The notes under the pieces were generated by a model, which made no database searches, was not told where the DNA came from, and was given only the letters and a program-made list of their open reading frames with translations. A DNA stretch of 63,069 nucleotides, the filler included, from Octopus bimaculoides (lineage: Eukaryota): NCBI RefSeq assembly GCF_001194135.2. It is 9 parts of 9 records of this genome, joined end to end, with 100 filler letters (N's around TTAATTAATTAA, not from the genome) between each part and the next. Parts side by side here need not be neighbours in the genome. Positions count along the whole stretch, not along the records: positions 58,277 to 59,852 come from NW_026319089.1; positions 59,953 to 63,069 come from NW_026320323.1; 7 more parts are not named here. One strand, written 5' to 3'. Positions 59,521-63,069 of this stretch are shown here, piece after piece. Position numbers and translations under genes: made by a program. Numbering within the stretch: the stretch's first letter is position 1; every line of letters starts with the position of its first letter.

Positions 59521-60178
59521 CCCTTAAACACTCTAAAAATATCAAAGATAATTTTTACCACAGACATACTAATTTAATGTAAGGGACATGAAACACCCGA
59601 TAACATTCATTCCAATAATTATTTATCGTGCCCGAAAGGATGAATGACAAAGTTGAATGAACAGAAGAAAAAACTATGAAGCATCAAATGCATTATCAAC
59701 TGATTAGACCCACGTATATGACTGGAACTTTATTCATTGTCCATTATGCGATTGAACCTCAAGAAGTTGAGATGTGAAGTAAAAAGATGTAACGCATAAA
59801 CATTGAAGCGTACATACATACATACTTGCTTACATACATACATATACACACANNNNNNNNNNNNNNNNNNNNNNNNNNNNNNNNNNNNNNNNNNNNTTAA
59901 TTAATTAANNNNNNNNNNNNNNNNNNNNNNNNNNNNNNNNNNNNNNNNNNNNCGCGTGGACGTGTGTGCGCGTGGACGTGTGTGCGCGTGGACGTGTGTG
60001 CGTGGGAGTGTGAGTACGTTTGTGTGTGTGTGTGTATTGTTCTTTATGTGTGTGTGTATGTGTGTGCATGTATGTATTTGTGTATACATTCATTTACATT
60101 CGTGAGTGTTTGTTAATTTCCTTCATTCCATTATCGTTTTCTTTCTGAACCAGAAAGACAAAGAAAGAAAGAAATGTC

Positions 60179-60214
<36 letters not shown>

Positions 60215-60774
60215 CATACATACATACACACATACATACATACATACCTTTGTATACATTTCTGTTTTAAAAGTACCTTCGACAAGTACACACACAGATA
60301 AACATACATTCGACGTTCCTTTGTAGGTACGTATATTCCAACACAGTTAACATTTTAATGTTCTTTTTGTTTTTTCAGTTGATTGTTTCTTTATATTCTT
60401 TAAAGGCTGACTGTTTCCTCAGTTCTTCCAAACATTAGAAGCCATAAAACACGATATCAGTAAGAAAAAAAAGAGGAGAGAAAAACGCAAGTATTGATAC
60501 TGTATAAAACAGCAATATCCGACAGAATCAGTAATTAATGATTTTGAGATAACGTAGAGTTTGTAAATGTTAACATAGACATCATAATAACACAAAGACA
60601 CAGGTTTATAGTTATTGTAACAGTCATAAAATAGTTTTTGTAAAAGTTTAGATGAAACAATACCCAGCTAAATAGACATTAAATTTCGTTACTTTCCATA
60701 CTGGTCAATGATTTTCAGTCGGTTTACTACTAGACATCGCACCCTCTTTTGAAGGTATGTGCATGTACTTGGAG

Positions 60775-60948
60775 CTGGATGCATGTATATCGGAATGTGC
60801 GATAAGAAGCTTGTTTCCGAATCACACATTTCCGGGTTCAGTCTCACTACGTGTCGCCCTAGGCAAGCGTCTTCTTCTATGGCTCAGGGTCGACCAAGGC
60901 CTTCAGAGTGGCTTTAGTAGACGGAAACTGAAAGAAGCCTATGGTATA

Positions 60949-60986
<38 letters not shown>

Positions 60987-61047
60987 TGTGTGTGTTCCCC
61001 TCCCCCGCTTGATAACAGGTATCGGTGTGTTTACGTCCCTGTAACAT
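60775..61047 (+). mobile_element. SINE family A, interrupted at its cccgtaac motif
   Basis: Head and centre intact up to tttacgtccctgtaac, then the sequence switches to a family B tail in the opposite orientation. Confidence 0.85.
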
Positions 61048-61048
61048 T

Positions 61049-61357
61049 GTTGTTACTACGTCAAGGGTTCCAGTTGATCCGATCAACGGAACAGCCTGCT
61101 CGTGAAATTAACGTGCAAGTGGCTGAGCACTCCACAGACACGTGTACTCTTAATGTAGTTCTCGGGGATATTCAGCGTGACACAGTGTGACAAGGCTGAC
61201 TCTTTGAATTACAGGTACAACAGAAACAGGAAGAAAGAGTGAGAGAAAGTTGTGGTGAAAGAGTACAGCAGGGTTCACCACGACCCCCTGCCGGAGCCTC
61301 GTGGAGCTTTTAGGTGTTTTCACTCAATAAACACTCACAACGCCCAGACTAGGAATC
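61049..61357 (-). mobile_element. SINE family B abutting (probably nested in) a family A copy
   Basis: caagggttccagttgatccgatcaacggaacagcc...cactcacaacgcccagactaggaatc, running into a gap. Confidence 0.88.
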
Positions 61358-62505
61358 NNNNNNNNNNNNNNNNNNNNNNNNNNNNNNNNNNNNNNNNNNN
61401 NNNNNNNNNNNNNNNNNNNNNNNNNNNNNNNNNNNNNNNNNNNNNNNNNNNNNNNNNNNNNNNNNNNNNNNNNNNNNNNNNNNNNNNNNNNNNNNNNNNN
61501 NNNNNNNNNNNNNNNNNNNNNNNNNNNNNNNNNNNNNNNNNNNNNNNNNNNNNNNNNNNNNNNNNNNNNNNNNNNNNNNNNNNNNNNNNNNNNNNNNNNN
61601 NNNNNNNNNNNNNNNNNNNNNNNNNNNNNNNNNNNNNNNNNNNNNNNNNNNNNNNNNNNNNNNNNNNNNNNNNNNNNNNNNNNNNNNNNNNNNNNNNNNN
61701 NNNNNNNNNNNNNNNNNNNNNNNNNNNNNNNNNNNNNNNNNNNNNNNNNNNNNNNNNNNNNNNNNNNNNNNNNNNNNNNNNNNNNNNNNNNNNNNNNNNN
61801 NNNNNNNNNNNNNNNNNNNNNNNNNNNNNNNNNNNNNNNNNNNNNNNNNNNNNNNNNNNNNNNNNNNNNNNNNNNNNNNNNNNNNNNNNNNNNNNNNNNN
61901 NNNNNNNNNNNNNNNNNNNNNNNNNNNNNNNNNNNNNNNNNNNNNNNNNNNNNNNNNNNNNNNNNNNNNNNNNNNNNNNNNNNNNNNNNNNNNNNNNNNN
62001 NNNNNNNNNNNNNNNNNNNNNNNNNNNNNNNNNNNNNNNNNNNNNNNNNNNNNNNNNNNNNNNNNNNNNNNNNNNNNNNNNNNNNNNNNNNNNNNNNNNN
62101 NNNNNNNNNNNNNNNNNNNNNNNNNNNNNNNNNNNNNNNNNNNNNNNNNNNNNNNNNNNNNNNNNNNNNATATATAGTTTTAGGGAAGAGAACCAAGTTT
62201 CAAGAACTCATCGATGAAAATCGACTATCATATATAGAAAAATTAATAATTAAAAGCACAATAAATGAGTATAATATAAAACTGCAAGAATGAAGGACAT
62301 AATGTAAACACAGAGATCAACAAAAGTTGTGTACGGTGAATTGTACGGTGGGAAGAAGAAGTAGCAGGAAAAAAAGAGGACTTACGTTTCGAGTGAGAAC
62401 TCTTCATCAGAATAAGAAGCAAATGAAAAGGAAACAAGAAAAGGAAGGATACCTGCTTGGAGAATGCATCATTCTGCTACATGCTGCACAGAGTGCGTTT
62501 ACCCG

Positions 62506-62540
<35 letters not shown>

Positions 62541-62574
62541 TGTGTGTAATACATATGTATGTATTCTTTTACTA

Positions 62575-62735
62575 GCACAGGAGTGGCTGTGTGGTAAGAA
62601 GCTTGATTCCCAACCACATGGTTCTGGGTTCAGTCCTACTGCGTGGCACCTTCGTCAAGTCTCTTCTACTATGGCCATGGGCTGACAAAAACTTTGTGAA
62701 CAGATTTGGTAGATAGAAACTGAAAGAAGCTCGTC

Positions 62736-62781
<46 letters not shown>

Positions 62782-63010
62782 GTGTGTGTGTGTGTGTTTG
62801 TGTGAGTGTGTTTGTGTTTGTACCCCCACTGTCACTTGACAACCGACGCTGGTGTGTTTACGTCCCCGTAACTTAGCAGTTCGGCAAAAGATACTGATAA
62901 AATAAAGAGCAAGCTTACAAGGAATAAGTTCTGGGGTCGATTAGATCGACTAAGGGTAGTGCTCCAGCATGGCCGCAGTCAAATGACTGAAACAAATAAA
63001 GAATAAAAGA
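62575..63010 (+). mobile_element. SINE family A, best full-length copy (possibly the abundant octopus-specific SINE; name not verified)
   Basis: gcacaggagtggctgtgtggtaagaagcttgattcccaaccacatggttctgggttcagtcc (tRNA-like A/B boxes), internal (TG)n, tail ggtagtgctccagcatggccgcagtcaaatgactgaaacaaataaaagaataaaag. Confidence 0.92.
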
Positions 63011-63024
63011 TTATATGTATATAT

Positions 63025-63069
<45 letters not shown>

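Noticed and set aside
4371-59908. Eight identical TTAATTAATTAA motifs that look like a dispersed conserved element
   Set aside because: Each is embedded in an N pad and has stops in all six frames; it is a scaffolding linker, not biology.

Overview
Eukaryotic, repeat-dominated and gap-rich draft scaffold, inferred from its SINE/LINE repertoire to come from an octopus (coleoid cephalopod). I found no rRNA, bona fide tRNA genes, CRISPR arrays or prokaryotic-type systems. Host coding content I can support is small: two spliced exons of a minus-strand ankyrin-repeat gene resembling the Mind-bomb-like E3 ligase family (2732-2520, 802-627) and exon 1 of a plus-strand group XII secreted phospholipase A2-like gene (16981-17209), whose later exons I could not find. 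The rest is mobile DNA: three tRNA-derived SINE families (called A, B and C here), RTE, RLE (R4-like), CR1/Jockey-like and Tx1/L1-like LINE fragments, a Penelope-like element, two Gypsy remnants, a mariner remnant, a non-autonomous Helitron, several long-TIR MITE/foldback elements, and many microsatellites. The most notable structures are a Tx1-like LINE inserted into a Gypsy LTR with a 17-bp target-site duplication, an ~820-bp foldback palindrome, a tiny MITE with a 9-bp TSD and a telomere-like core, a Helitron with two 5' ends, and an identical 345-bp repeat bounding the 8043-17866 block, which probably reflects contig mis-ordering. Most long ORF-track entries are artefacts of N runs or microsatellites. 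TE boundaries were read by eye and are approximate unless exact ends are given. Family names come from remembered motifs, not from database searches.
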